In this document: in pieces, positions 1 through 8,230 of the stretch
How positions within the stretch are numbered: the stretch's first letter is position 1
Layout of the letters: each line of letters begins with the position of its first letter
NCBI GenBank assembly: GCA_023263045.1
Contig: JALQXU010000001.1
Location: 307 to 32,604 of the forward strand
Source of the DNA: Pontimonas sp.
Lineage (GTDB): Bacteria > Actinomycetota > Actinomycetes > Actinomycetales > Microbacteriaceae
DNA length: 32,298 bases
Reading direction: 5' to 3'
Program-made: the position numbers and the translations under genes
The notes under the pieces: model-generated
What the model was told of the DNA's origin: nothing
Database searches by the model: none
Seen by the model: the letters and a program-made list of their open reading frames with translations, nothing else

Positions 1-408
1 GAGGTCACCCCCACCCACTCGAGCAAGTTCCGCGACGAACTGTCCCGCCTTGAGCCTCGACTCTTCAGCAACAGCGGCGGCCGCATCGGCTTGCGATTGG
101 AGCTGGGCCTGCTGGAATGTTGCTTCGTCTAATTCATAGAGAGCTTCGTAGTAAATCTCACCGAGGCGGGCGGCTTCCTCTTCTGCTTGCGCAGCTTCCA
201 CCTCGAGCCTCTCGAGCAAAGCCATGATCTCTTTGACCTTTGCTTCGGCGGCCGCAACGTCTTTTCTCGCCTCTTGAACTTCCTCCCACGTGGGGTATTC
301 GTCAGCGTAGGCCGGTGAGGACGCGGGCAGCCCGAGGGTCACCACCAACACCGCAGCACCCAGGCTTGCGATGGCAGGCCAAAAACGGCGTGAAGTTCGG
401 GCTCTCAC
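1..408 (-). CDS. Secreted coiled-coil protein, probably an M23 or NlpC/P60 cell-wall peptidase (5' part only, runs off the window edge)
   Basis: Not in the ORF track; translated by hand as MRARTSRRFWPAIASLGAAVLVVTLGLPASSPAYA-DEYPTWEEVQEARKDVAAAEAKVKEI... This gives a signal peptide with an AYA cleavage site, a YPTWEEV motif and an Ala/Glu coiled coil, typical of Micrococcales peptidoglycan hydrolases. The catalytic domain lies outside the window. Start is GTG 408 or 414. Confidence 0.7.
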   Translation of the reverse strand, partial: MRARTSRRFWPAIASLGAAVLVVTLGLPASSPAYADEYPTWEEVQEARKDVAAAEAKVKEIMALLERLEVEAAQAEEEAARLGEIYYEALYELDEATFQQAQLQSQADAAAAVAEESRLKAGQFVAELARVGGGDL

Positions 409-479
409 GGTCACTAACGATAGCCACTGGAGCCCTATCCCCCCGGGTTTCTGGCGGTGTGGCGAATCACTCTAGGGGT

Positions 480-508
480 TTGCATAAGTTCGCCAGGCTC
501 TCTAGACT
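480..508 (+). promoter_or_regulatory. Sigma-A type promoter for the tRNA cluster
   Basis: TTGCAT (480-485), 17-nt spacer, TAGACT (503-508), about 33 nt upstream of tRNA-Glu. Confidence 0.65.
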
Positions 509-541
509 CGGACCCTGTTGCTGTGCATCGGCTCACGAAAC

Positions 542-614
542 GGCCCCATCGTTTAGTGGCCTAGGACGCCGCCCTTTCACGGCGGTAGCACGGGTTCGAA
601 TCCCGTTGGGGTCA
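542..614 (+). tRNA. tRNA-Glu (TTC)
   Basis: Acceptor stem GGCCCCA/TGGGGTC, anticodon arm CCGCC-CTTTCAC-GGCGG, T-loop TTCGAAT. CCA not encoded. Confidence 0.97.
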
Positions 615-635
615 CTCCCATAATTTAATACGCAA

Positions 636-709
636 GGCCCTGTAGCGCAGTTGGTTAGCGTGCCGCCCTGTCACGGCGGAGGTCGCGGGTTCAAGTCCCG
701 TCAGGGTCG
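636..709 (+). tRNA. tRNA-Asp (GTC)
   Basis: Acceptor stem GGCCCTG/CAGGGTC, anticodon arm CCGCC-CTGTCAC-GGCGG, T-loop TTCAAGT. CCA not encoded. Confidence 0.97.
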
Positions 710-717
710 CGGTAGCG

Positions 718-745
718 AAAGAGCCTCTCTCACGAGAGGCTCTTT
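718..745. terminator. Perfect 12-bp hairpin between tRNA-Asp and tRNA-Phe (terminator or processing signal)
   Basis: AAAGAGCCTCTC-TCAC-GAGAGGCTCTTT, with a short T run at the 3' end on both strands. Confidence 0.55.
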
Positions 746-753
746 GCCACCAA

Positions 754-829
754 GGCTCTGTAGCTCAGTTGGTAGAGCGTTCGACTGAAAATCGAAAGGT
801 CACCGGATCGATGCCGGTCGGAGCCACCA
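754..829 (+). tRNA. tRNA-Phe (GAA)
   Basis: Acceptor stem GGCTCTG/CGGAGCC followed by ACCA, anticodon arm TTCGA-CTGAAAA-TCGAA. T-loop is the atypical ATCGATG. Confidence 0.96.
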
Positions 830-875
830 TTGACACCTTTGAGACAAAAACTCGTAGCAATCTTGACGCCTGCAG

Positions 876-2291
876 CTAAGGGATTCGCCGGAGCATTCTC
901 CGAGTTGCAATGAGGACCCCGCCGAGAACCGCGGGGATGCCGCCCCCCGGGTGGACACTCGATCCCACTCGCCACAACCAGGGGGTAAGCGGGGAGTTGT
1001 AGGGCGGTGTGTGGAACGGGCCACTGCGCCACCACGGTGCAGGCGCTCCGTAAAGGGCACCACCCACCGCGCCGAAGCTCGCAAAGTACTCCGGATGGAG
1101 AATCCGGTAATCCGTCATCCGCTCGATGATGCCGCGCTCGAGACCCAACATGTTGGAAAACCGTCGAGACTCGCTCTGAACAAAATCATCTTCGAGAGTT
1201 GCCGACATCCCATTGGGGGGAGCAGTCAGGAGGAGCGCCGCGACAGGTTTGTCATTCGGATAAATCGTGTTCGCGCGGTAGTAGTTCAAAAAAGCCATCG
1301 TTTGAGAAGGGACGACTCGCTTCCCCAAGTCATCAAAGAGCGCTGCTGGCTCATCGGGCATCATCACCGAGTGAGTCACGATGTCTTCAGGTAGTTCCTC
1401 GTCGAGGACGCCAAAGATTGCCACACCGGAGCACGAGAGTGTCTCAGGAGCGGGAGGCTTCTTGCCAAGTAATCCCTCAAGAATTCCACCGTCCAGGGCA
1501 CTCACGACGTAATCCGCGGTGTAGGTATCACGACCGGTGGTGACCAGCCCTTTCCGCACGGAGACAACCGGCTCACTCGTGTGAATCGTCACCCCGGCGT
1601 GAAGGGCGAGAGCTTCCAGACCTCGGGCAATTTCATACACTCCACCTCGCGGGACGAACACACCATCGCTCGCCATCACCGCCGCCATGCTGGCATACAG
1701 CGCAAGTGTTTGATCAGGCGCAACACCCGCATTCAGAGTGTGAATGGCGACGACATCTTTGACGTCCTGGGGCATCCAGGTCAATGAATCCAAATACGAC
1801 TGCGTCGTCAGCGTGCTCCCGTAACGCGAGAGCAGGCGAACAACGGCCCCCAATATGCCGAGACTGGTGGGGTCAGTGGTCAGCAGATGGGTAATGGCTG
1901 GGCCCAATTGACCGTTCTCTTGCTCAAAGCGCGCCCAAGAATCGTGCCAGGGATGGTCCGGCTCGACCGGAAGGTTTGCCTGCTGATCTTTGAAGTAGTA
2001 ACGACCCACCTCAGGCAGGCGCTCCAGCGTGATGCCGGCGATATCTCTCGCCTTGTCCCCCGGTGGCCCGACTTCGTCATAGGTATTGAGGACCTGCTCG
2101 AGGACATCAGGGAATGTCACCAGAGACGGTCCGGTATCGATTCGTTGACCCGCGACTTCGATCCGCCGGCTCTTTCCCCCTACCCAGTCCTGTCCTTCGA
2201 TAAGGGTGACCTCGTGTCCGGCGCGGGCAAGGAGAGCCGAGGTGGCAAGACCACCGAGTCCTGCGCCAATGACGACGATGCGGGAGCTCAC
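876..2291 (-). CDS. Phytoene desaturase (CrtI/CrtD) family FAD-dependent oxidoreductase
   Basis: N-terminal GAGLGG FAD motif, GGK..R and DTGPS, C-terminal VGSSVHPGGGIPAVL signature. ATGA overlap with the upstream prenyltransferase. Confidence 0.85.
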   Translation of the reverse strand: MSSRIVVIGAGLGGLATSALLARAGHEVTLIEGQDWVGGKSRRIEVAGQRIDTGPSLVTFPDVLEQVLNTYDEVGPPGDKARDIAGITLERLPEVGRYYFKDQQANLPVEPDHPWHDSWARFEQENGQLGPAITHLLTTDPTSLGILGAVVRLLSRYGSTLTTQSYLDSLTWMPQDVKDVVAIHTLNAGVAPDQTLALYASMAAVMASDGVFVPRGGVYEIARGLEALALHAGVTIHTSEPVVSVRKGLVTTGRDTYTADYVVSALDGGILEGLLGKKPPAPETLSCSGVAIFGVLDEELPEDIVTHSVMMPDEPAALFDDLGKRVVPSQTMAFLNYYRANTIYPNDKPVAALLLTAPPNGMSATLEDDFVQSESRRFSNMLGLERGIIERMTDYRILHPEYFASFGAVGGALYGAPAPWWRSGPFHTPPYNSPLTPWLWRVGSSVHPGGGIPAVLGGVLIATRRMLRRIP

Positions 2292-3136
2292 GATGCCGAG
2301 TACAGACCCCAGGCCAGGCCGACCACTAATTGCACGCCCGCTACCGCGCCGGCGACGTAGGGGAACGCGACCGAATAGCGATACAGCCGGCGGGCATCAG
2401 CAATGGTCGGTTTGCGCCATTGGGCAATCACCAGCCATCCCGCCAGCACAGCATTCACGATGGCGACCGGAAGATTCACGAGGGCAAAAAGAACAGTGGA
2501 CACCGTCCACCAGAAGGCGGACCACACCAGCGATCCTCGGACGCCAAACGCCACAGCGGTGGTCCGAATACCCGCCTCGCTATCCTCGTCAATGTCTTGG
2601 ATCGCGTCGTACACGTGTTTGGCCATGGACCACGCCATCAATCCCACGGCTGCTGCCCAGAGTGGCTCGGCGCCGAGCGCAAACGGAACAAACACCAGCG
2701 GGAAAGCGTAATCCGCGTTTGAAATCGAATCGAGAATTGGCCGACCTTTGAAACGCAACGGTGTCGCTGAGTACTGCCAAAACGAAAACGCGTAGAGCGC
2801 CATCCAGGCAACTGCTTCCCAAGGCAGAGTCAGAGCGAAATAGACCAGGAAGGGGACGTTCGTGAGAATCACTCCCCAGCCGATCATCTTCGTCTCGTGG
2901 GGCTTGATTTTTGCCCCGCCATAGCCACCTTTGCGGTCGTTGTCGGCGTCGGTGTCCTGGTCGTAGATGTCATTGATGCCATAGATCAGCAGATTGAACG
3001 GGAACGTCACCCAGATCAAAATCGGCACAATCGCCCAGGTCCACAACTCACCCGCGAGCCACATCCCGATGACCGTGGTCCCGATGGTGTTGACCCACAG
3101 GACAGGGCGCGAAATCTCGACGAGACGGCGAATCAC
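2288..3136 (-). CDS. UbiA-family prenyltransferase, lycopene elongase (CrtEb/LyeJ)-like
   Basis: SRPVLWVNT, YGINDIYDQDTD, YSATPLRFKGRPILDS and QDIDEDSEAGIRTTAV motifs; multiple transmembrane segments. Confidence 0.85.
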   Translation of the reverse strand: MIRRLVEISRPVLWVNTIGTTVIGMWLAGELWTWAIVPILIWVTFPFNLLIYGINDIYDQDTDADNDRKGGYGGAKIKPHETKMIGWGVILTNVPFLVYFALTLPWEAVAWMALYAFSFWQYSATPLRFKGRPILDSISNADYAFPLVFVPFALGAEPLWAAAVGLMAWSMAKHVYDAIQDIDEDSEAGIRTTAVAFGVRGSLVWSAFWWTVSTVLFALVNLPVAIVNAVLAGWLVIAQWRKPTIADARRLYRYSVAFPYVAGAVAGVQLVVGLAWGLYSAS

Positions 3137-3170
3137 CTGTTCACTCTAGCGGTGAGGCCAATCCAGCCCT

Positions 3171-3959
3171 TTACAGCTTCGGCTTGAGTGGTCCCCGGTG
3201 GAGCTTGTGCTGCATCGCCTGGGCAACCGGCTTCATTTGGATCAGATCCAGGTTCACGTGGGGAGGTGATTCAAGCGCATAGCGCACCACGTCCGCTACA
3301 TCCTCTGCGACCAGGGGATGCTCCACTCCCTCGTAGAGTGCTTCCGTTCTCGCAGCGTCACCGCCAAAACGATTGAGCGTGAACTCCTCGGTCTTCACCA
3401 TTCCCGGGGCTATCTCCACCACCCGCAACGGTTCACCGGAGAGCTCCAGACGCAGACCCACCAGCATGGAGTGCACAGCGGCTTTGGCCGCCGTATACCC
3501 CGCACCGCCCTCATAACTCAGGAATGCTGCGGTCGAGGAGATGGTCACGATGTCGGCAACACCCAGCTGAGCAGAGGCTCGGCGCAACGAGGGCAAGAGG
3601 GCTTTCGTCACTCGTTGAACTCCTAAGACATTGACCTCATACATTCGAGCCCAATCCTCAGCATCGGCCTGGTCCACCCAGTCCATGCCCACCGCTCCAC
3701 CGGCGTTGTTGACGAGCGCCGAAATATCACCCGAGGACGCAACGAATTCGGCCAATGCATTGACATCAGCATCAGAGGTGACATCAGCGACGACAACTTC
3801 GCACCCGGTTTCTTCCCGCAGCTTCTCCAGCCTCTCGGCCCTGCGGGCCACCGCGATTACGGACCAGCCGCGCTGGGTCAGAAGTCGGACCGTCGCAGCT
3901 CCGATGCCGGAACTCGCCCCCGTGACGAGTGCTCGCCTCGAGCCGGTGTCAGTGCTCAC
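3171..3959 (-). CDS. Short-chain dehydrogenase/reductase (YdfG-like, probably NADP-dependent)
   Basis: TGASSGIG, ARR, NNAGG, catalytic YTAAK, EIAPGMV.TEEF. Confidence 0.9.
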   Translation of the reverse strand: MSTDTGSRRALVTGASSGIGAATVRLLTQRGWSVIAVARRAERLEKLREETGCEVVVADVTSDADVNALAEFVASSGDISALVNNAGGAVGMDWVDQADAEDWARMYEVNVLGVQRVTKALLPSLRRASAQLGVADIVTISSTAAFLSYEGGAGYTAAKAAVHSMLVGLRLELSGEPLRVVEIAPGMVKTEEFTLNRFGGDAARTEALYEGVEHPLVAEDVADVVRYALESPPHVNLDLIQMKPVAQAMQHKLHRGPLKPKL

Positions 3960-4248
3960 TATCGAGCCCTAAGGATCCTGACGACAGAATCCACTCTCGG
4001 ATGTCGCGCTTGTCGATCAGACCCTGAGTCCAGAACGGATCTGGGTCCAAGACTGCTTCGACGTCTGCCACAGAGTCGGCTTCAAAAAGCAGTAGCGCAC
4101 TGGGTTCACTCCCGCCTTCGGTTCGTCCGCTCGCAATCAGACCACCGTCACCGAGGAGGGTGGCAATGTATTCGCGATGAGCAGGGCGATGCTCGGCAAT
4201 CAGGTCTGGCTTATCGGCGTAGTGGTACACCACCGCATAAATCGCCAC
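3949..4248 (-). CDS. YciI-family protein
   Basis: 99 aa with RPAHREY, ASG and DPFW motifs. Confidence 0.85.
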   Translation of the reverse strand: MAIYAVVYHYADKPDLIAEHRPAHREYIATLLGDGGLIASGRTEGGSEPSALLLFEADSVADVEAVLDPDPFWTQGLIDKRDIREWILSSGSLGLDSEH

Positions 4249-4258
4249 GAGGCAACCC

Positions 4259-5632
4259 CTAGAGAGCCTTAACGGCGCCCAGCACTTTAGTCAGAGAGTC
4301 CTTCGCGTCACCGAACAACAACGTGGTGTTGGGTTCATAGAGCAGCTCATTCTCGATACCCGCGAAACCTGGACGCATGGAGCGTTTCAGGAAGACAACC
4401 TGTTGGGCGTCACCGGCGTTAAGAATGGGCATTCCATAAATCGGAGACCCGGGAGTCGACTTTGCGGCCGGGTTGACAACGTCGTTGGCGCCCACCACGA
4501 GACAGACATCAGCAGTCTTGAACTGGGGATTGACCTCGTCCATTTCCTGCAGAACCTCATAGGGGACATTGGCTTCGGCGAGCAACACATTCATGTGCCC
4601 TGGCATACGACCAGCGACCGGGTGGATACCGAACACAACTTCGATGCCCTTCTCTTCGAGCGCCTTCGTCAGCTCATACATGGTGTGTTGAGCCTGCGCG
4701 ACCGCGAGACCATAACCGGGGACGACAATCACTCGCTGTGCGTAACCCAGAAGGATGGCAACATCTTCAGCCGAACCGGACTTCACAGGGCGATCCGAGA
4801 CCTCGGTGGACCCCGCAGTTGACCCACCCTTGAATGCACCAAAGATGATGTTGTTGACGCTTCGTCCCATGGCGCTGGCCATAGCTCTGGTCAGGATGGT
4901 TCCCGACGCTCCCACCAGGGTTCCTGCAACCAGGAGCAGAGTGTTGTCCAAAACAAGACCGGAAGCCGCAACCGCGAGACCAGTCAGAGCGTTCAGCAAC
5001 GAGATAACGATGGGGACATCAGCTCCACCCACGGGGAGAACGAGCAGGACGCCCATCACCAGGCCAACAGCCATCAGCAAACTTGCGACCACGAAGTTGC
5101 TGTCCATGATGACAATCACGGCACCGGTGAGAGCAGCAATCGTGAGGACACCCATGACGTATTGCTGACCCTTGAACAGGACCGGCCTCGTGGTCATGAT
5201 TTCTTGAAGCTTCAAGAAGGTGATGACTGAACCGGAGAACGAAACGCTACCCACGAAAATGGTGAACGCGACGGCCAGCAAGAATCCAAAGGTGTCAGCA
5301 GCAAAGAGTTCGAGCAGTGCCACAATTCCGGCTGCTCCACCTCCCACCCCGTTGAACAGCGCAACCAGCTGGGGCATCTGGGTCATTTTGACCATGCGCG
5401 AAGCAGGTATCGAGATGATGGTTCCGATACCAATCACGAGCAGGATCCAGCCGACGTTCTTGAGCTCCTCCGCGATAAAAACGGTGACGACACCCACCAG
5501 GGCACCGACGGCACCGATGATGTTTCCCCGGCGAGCCGACTTGGGCGAGGAGAGGCCTTTCAGCGCGAGGATGAAGGCAACCGCGGCGAAGAGATAGAGG
5601 AGTGCCTCGACCTCAGGGGTAATGAGACTCAT
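4259..5632 (-). CDS. pntB: NAD(P) transhydrogenase subunit beta
   Basis: MTQMPQLVALFNGVGG, GGADVPIVISLLN, PGYGLAVAQAQH, HPVAGRMPGHMNVLLAEA, GANDVVNP, KRSM. Confidence 0.97.
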   Translation of the reverse strand: MSLITPEVEALLYLFAAVAFILALKGLSSPKSARRGNIIGAVGALVGVVTVFIAEELKNVGWILLVIGIGTIISIPASRMVKMTQMPQLVALFNGVGGGAAGIVALLELFAADTFGFLLAVAFTIFVGSVSFSGSVITFLKLQEIMTTRPVLFKGQQYVMGVLTIAALTGAVIVIMDSNFVVASLLMAVGLVMGVLLVLPVGGADVPIVISLLNALTGLAVAASGLVLDNTLLLVAGTLVGASGTILTRAMASAMGRSVNNIIFGAFKGGSTAGSTEVSDRPVKSGSAEDVAILLGYAQRVIVVPGYGLAVAQAQHTMYELTKALEEKGIEVVFGIHPVAGRMPGHMNVLLAEANVPYEVLQEMDEVNPQFKTADVCLVVGANDVVNPAAKSTPGSPIYGMPILNAGDAQQVVFLKRSMRPGFAGIENELLYEPNTTLLFGDAKDSLTKVLGAVKAL

Positions 5633-5931
5633 CAGGCTTGTCCTTCCTGGGTCTTCTTCTTACCCGAGAACATTTCCAACATGCGGTCGGTGACGACAAA
5701 ACCACCGACCAAGTTCACCGTTGCCATCAAGACGGCAAGGAGAGCGAGCGCCAGCATCCAGGCGTTATCGGCATGACCAGCAACGATGATCGAACCGACG
5801 AGGATGATGCCGTGAATCGCGTTGGCGCCAGACATCAGAGGAGTGTGCAGCGTGCTGGACACTTTGGAGACCACCTCGAACCCGACAAAGACTGCCAGGA
5901 CAAAGTAGGTAAGAATCTTGATCTCTTCCAT
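5632..5931 (-). CDS. pntAb: NAD(P) transhydrogenase subunit alpha part 2 (membrane)
   Basis: LHTPLMSGANAIHG and GGFVVTDRMLEMF. Confidence 0.95.
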   Translation of the reverse strand: MEEIKILTYFVLAVFVGFEVVSKVSSTLHTPLMSGANAIHGIILVGSIIVAGHADNAWMLALALLAVLMATVNLVGGFVVTDRMLEMFSGKKKTQEGQA

Positions 5932-7100
5932 TACTTCTTGCCTTTCCCTGCGCTCTTAGCCGGCGCGAGAGCTTCCGCTGTGGGCTGGTGGCGAATCTCT
6001 CCCGCGTGGGTGAGACACGCACCGGCGACGACTTCGTCCTCAAAATCAGGCTGAACTTTCTTGTCCTTCACCATGAGCTCGAGGAGGTTGGAAATGTTCT
6101 TCGCGTACAGCCTGGAGGCGTCATACGCCATCGCGGAGGGGACGTCTTTCATTCCCACCAGCGTGACGGTTCCTCCCGCTTTACCGACCTTGACTGCGAC
6201 GTCGGCACCTGGCTTTGATCCTTCAACGTTTCCACCGGTCTCGGCAGCGAGGTCGATGATGACCGACCCGGGCTTCATGTCTTTCATCATCTTCGAGGTG
6301 ATGAGGCGGGGAGCAGGTCGACCGGGAATCGCAGCAGTCGTGATGATGACATCGGCTGCGGTCACATACGGAGTGAGCAACTCTTGCTGACGCTTCACGC
6401 GGTCCGCTGCAAGCTCTTTCGCGTATCCTCCGGCACCATCGGCTGCGACGTCCAAGTCCAGTTCGATGAACGTTCCTCCCATCGAGCGAACCTCATCGGC
6501 CGAGGCGGATCTAACATCGTAGGCGTTGACCTTGGCACCCAATCGTTTCGCCGTCGCAATGGCCTGCAGACCGGCAACACCGGCACCCAAAACCAACACC
6601 GTCGCTGGGGGAACTGTTCCTGCTGCCGTCATGTACAGGGGGAAGAACCTCGGTAAACGCATAGCTGCCTCGAGGACGCAGCGATATCCGGCAACAAGTG
6701 CTTGAGATGTCAAAGCATCCATCGACTGGGCACGGGAAATACGAGGAACCAATTCGAGAGCGAACGACGTGACCTTCTGGTCGCGCAAAGCCTTCACCGC
6801 CGCGGTCTCTGACGCGGGGGAGGCAAGCCCAATCGTGATCGCGCTCTTCTTGAGTTTCTTGATAATCGCTGGCGCGAGAGGTCGAACGTGAGCGAGGACA
6901 TCGACTGAGCCCACGTTGAGCGTGGCGGCAATCGTCGCGCCCGCCTGCTTGTAGGACTCGTCGGGATATCCTGCAGCGACACCTGCTCCCTTTTGCACAG
7001 TGACTTTGAGTCCAGCGCCGATCAGCTGCTTGACGGACTCCGGGGTCGCAGCGACCCTGTTCTCGCCAGAAATGGGCTCTTTGGGAACTCCAACAATCAT
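5931..7100 (-). CDS. pntAa: NAD(P) transhydrogenase subunit alpha part 1 (NAD-binding)
   Basis: GVPKE...ENRVAATP, PRISRAQSMDALTSQ, GAGVAGLQAI, GGYAKE, TTAAIPG. Confidence 0.97.
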   Translation of the reverse strand: MIVGVPKEPISGENRVAATPESVKQLIGAGLKVTVQKGAGVAAGYPDESYKQAGATIAATLNVGSVDVLAHVRPLAPAIIKKLKKSAITIGLASPASETAAVKALRDQKVTSFALELVPRISRAQSMDALTSQALVAGYRCVLEAAMRLPRFFPLYMTAAGTVPPATVLVLGAGVAGLQAIATAKRLGAKVNAYDVRSASADEVRSMGGTFIELDLDVAADGAGGYAKELAADRVKRQQELLTPYVTAADVIITTAAIPGRPAPRLITSKMMKDMKPGSVIIDLAAETGGNVEGSKPGADVAVKVGKAGGTVTLVGMKDVPSAMAYDASRLYAKNISNLLELMVKDKKVQPDFEDEVVAGACLTHAGEIRHQPTAEALAPAKSAGKGKK

Positions 7101-7106
7101 GAAATT

Positions 7107-7169
7107 TCACCCTTGCGGTCAGTGATTCCCTCGGGATTACCCCAAGGGTGAGCGAGAACCACCGTACCA
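7107..7169 (-). promoter_or_regulatory. pntA promoter and structured 5' leader covering the Shine-Dalgarno (SD) sequence
   Basis: Extended -10 TGgTACGGT (7169-7161). A 9-bp stem TCACCCTTG/CAAGGGTGA has its 3' arm over the SD-like AAGGGTG, about 7 nt before the ATG. Confidence 0.5.
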
Positions 7170-7183
7170 GGTAACCCTGCGCG

Positions 7184-7381
7184 TTAGGGCTTCACGGAAT
7201 CCTCAATAATCTCGATTTCGTTTCGTTGTGTGCGATAGCGAGGCTTGGTGAAAAGCCCTTGCTTATGCAGAAGCAAATACCCCGCTACCCCAGCCAAAAC
7301 TATTGCCAGTGAACCAAGTCCGATACTGAATCCGATCAGCATGGATGTTTCGAAACTTGAATCTTCAGAAGGAGCATCCAC
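7184..7381 (-). CDS. Small single-pass membrane protein, hypothetical
   Basis: 65 aa, one transmembrane segment followed by a basic stretch. TAGCCT lies exactly 6 nt upstream of the GTG start (leaderless pattern). The ORF fills the intergenic gap. Confidence 0.6.
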   Translation of the reverse strand: MDAPSEDSSFETSMLIGFSIGLGSLAIVLAGVAGYLLLHKQGLFTKPRYRTQRNEIEIIEDSVKP

Positions 7382-7418
7382 ACTGTGAGGCTACCAGGAG
7401 TAATAAAAGTTGATTTAG

Positions 7419-8171
7419 TTATTCCGGGCTGTTGCGAACCATGTCCACCATGAGTTGTATGTGGTTTTCGATAACGCCATCGAGGATGTCACTCACCTCA
7501 CGAATGTTGCGAGCTGGGGTGTGTTGCCCCGCGAGCCACACGGACATCCCGAAAGTGGACCAGGAAATCGTCGGGATGAGTCTCTGCAGCAGGGAATCGT
7601 AGAGGTATTGGTCGCGAGGGTAGTCACCGTCTGTGAAATCGACGTCCGTGACCGTTCCCTCTCTGACATCCATGGCCAGCCGTGAGACCCGCGCCAAGTT
7701 GAGCTCAAATAGCCGGTTCATATGTGCTTGGAACTTTGCCTGGATGACCTCGGTCACCTCTCTGGCTGCCAGGGGGTAATTCAACAGCGGCCCCCAGCCA
7801 CCCATTGCCAAGGTCCCCGATAATTGCCCCTTCATCCACGCTTTCAATCGAGCCTCGGGATCACGTGGCGCCGCCGTCACCGCGTCCCATGTGCCCTGGA
7901 TGTAGCGCTGATAGACCATGTACGCGCCTTCAGCGAGAAGTCCGTCACGGCCACCGAAATAGTGATTAACCATCGGATAGGTGATGCCCAATCGATCGCA
8001 TACGCTCGCGACGTTGAAAGACCCAGGACCTGAGTTTTCTACCTCACCAAAGGTCACATAGAGAATCTTGAGCCTCATAGGAGGCTGCGGGTCGTCACCA
8101 AACTGAAGCCAGAAATCCTCGGTGAGGAGTGGGTCTGGATGCGAAACATCACTGAGCTTTCGCCTCGCCAC
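7419..8171 (-). CDS. TetR/AcrR-family transcriptional regulator
   Basis: HTH NVASVCDRLGITYPMVNHYFGGRDGLLAE. SD GAGGAGG (8183-8177) favours GTG 8171 as the start. Confidence 0.75.
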   Translation of the reverse strand: MARRKLSDVSHPDPLLTEDFWLQFGDDPQPPMRLKILYVTFGEVENSGPGSFNVASVCDRLGITYPMVNHYFGGRDGLLAEGAYMVYQRYIQGTWDAVTAAPRDPEARLKAWMKGQLSGTLAMGGWGPLLNYPLAAREVTEVIQAKFQAHMNRLFELNLARVSRLAMDVREGTVTDVDFTDGDYPRDQYLYDSLLQRLIPTISWSTFGMSVWLAGQHTPARNIREVSDILDGVIENHIQLMVDMVRNSPE

Positions 8172-8230
8172 GCACACCTCCTCGTGCCGTGTCCACCTAG
8201 CTAGACAACTTTTATCGTAAGCCCACGGTG

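Noticed and set aside
240-1084. Track ORFs 240..623, 730..1035 and 800..1084
   Set aside because: They overlap tRNA genes or real CDSs and carry no recognisable motifs.
829-3136. Genomic island integrated at tRNA-Phe
   Set aside because: No integrase is present, I found no duplicated tRNA 3' end, and there is no obvious compositional shift.
7100-7109. TGAAATTTCA palindrome at the pntA start as a Rex operator
   Set aside because: It does not fit the Rex pattern TTGTGAA-N4-TTCACAA and is short enough to occur by chance.
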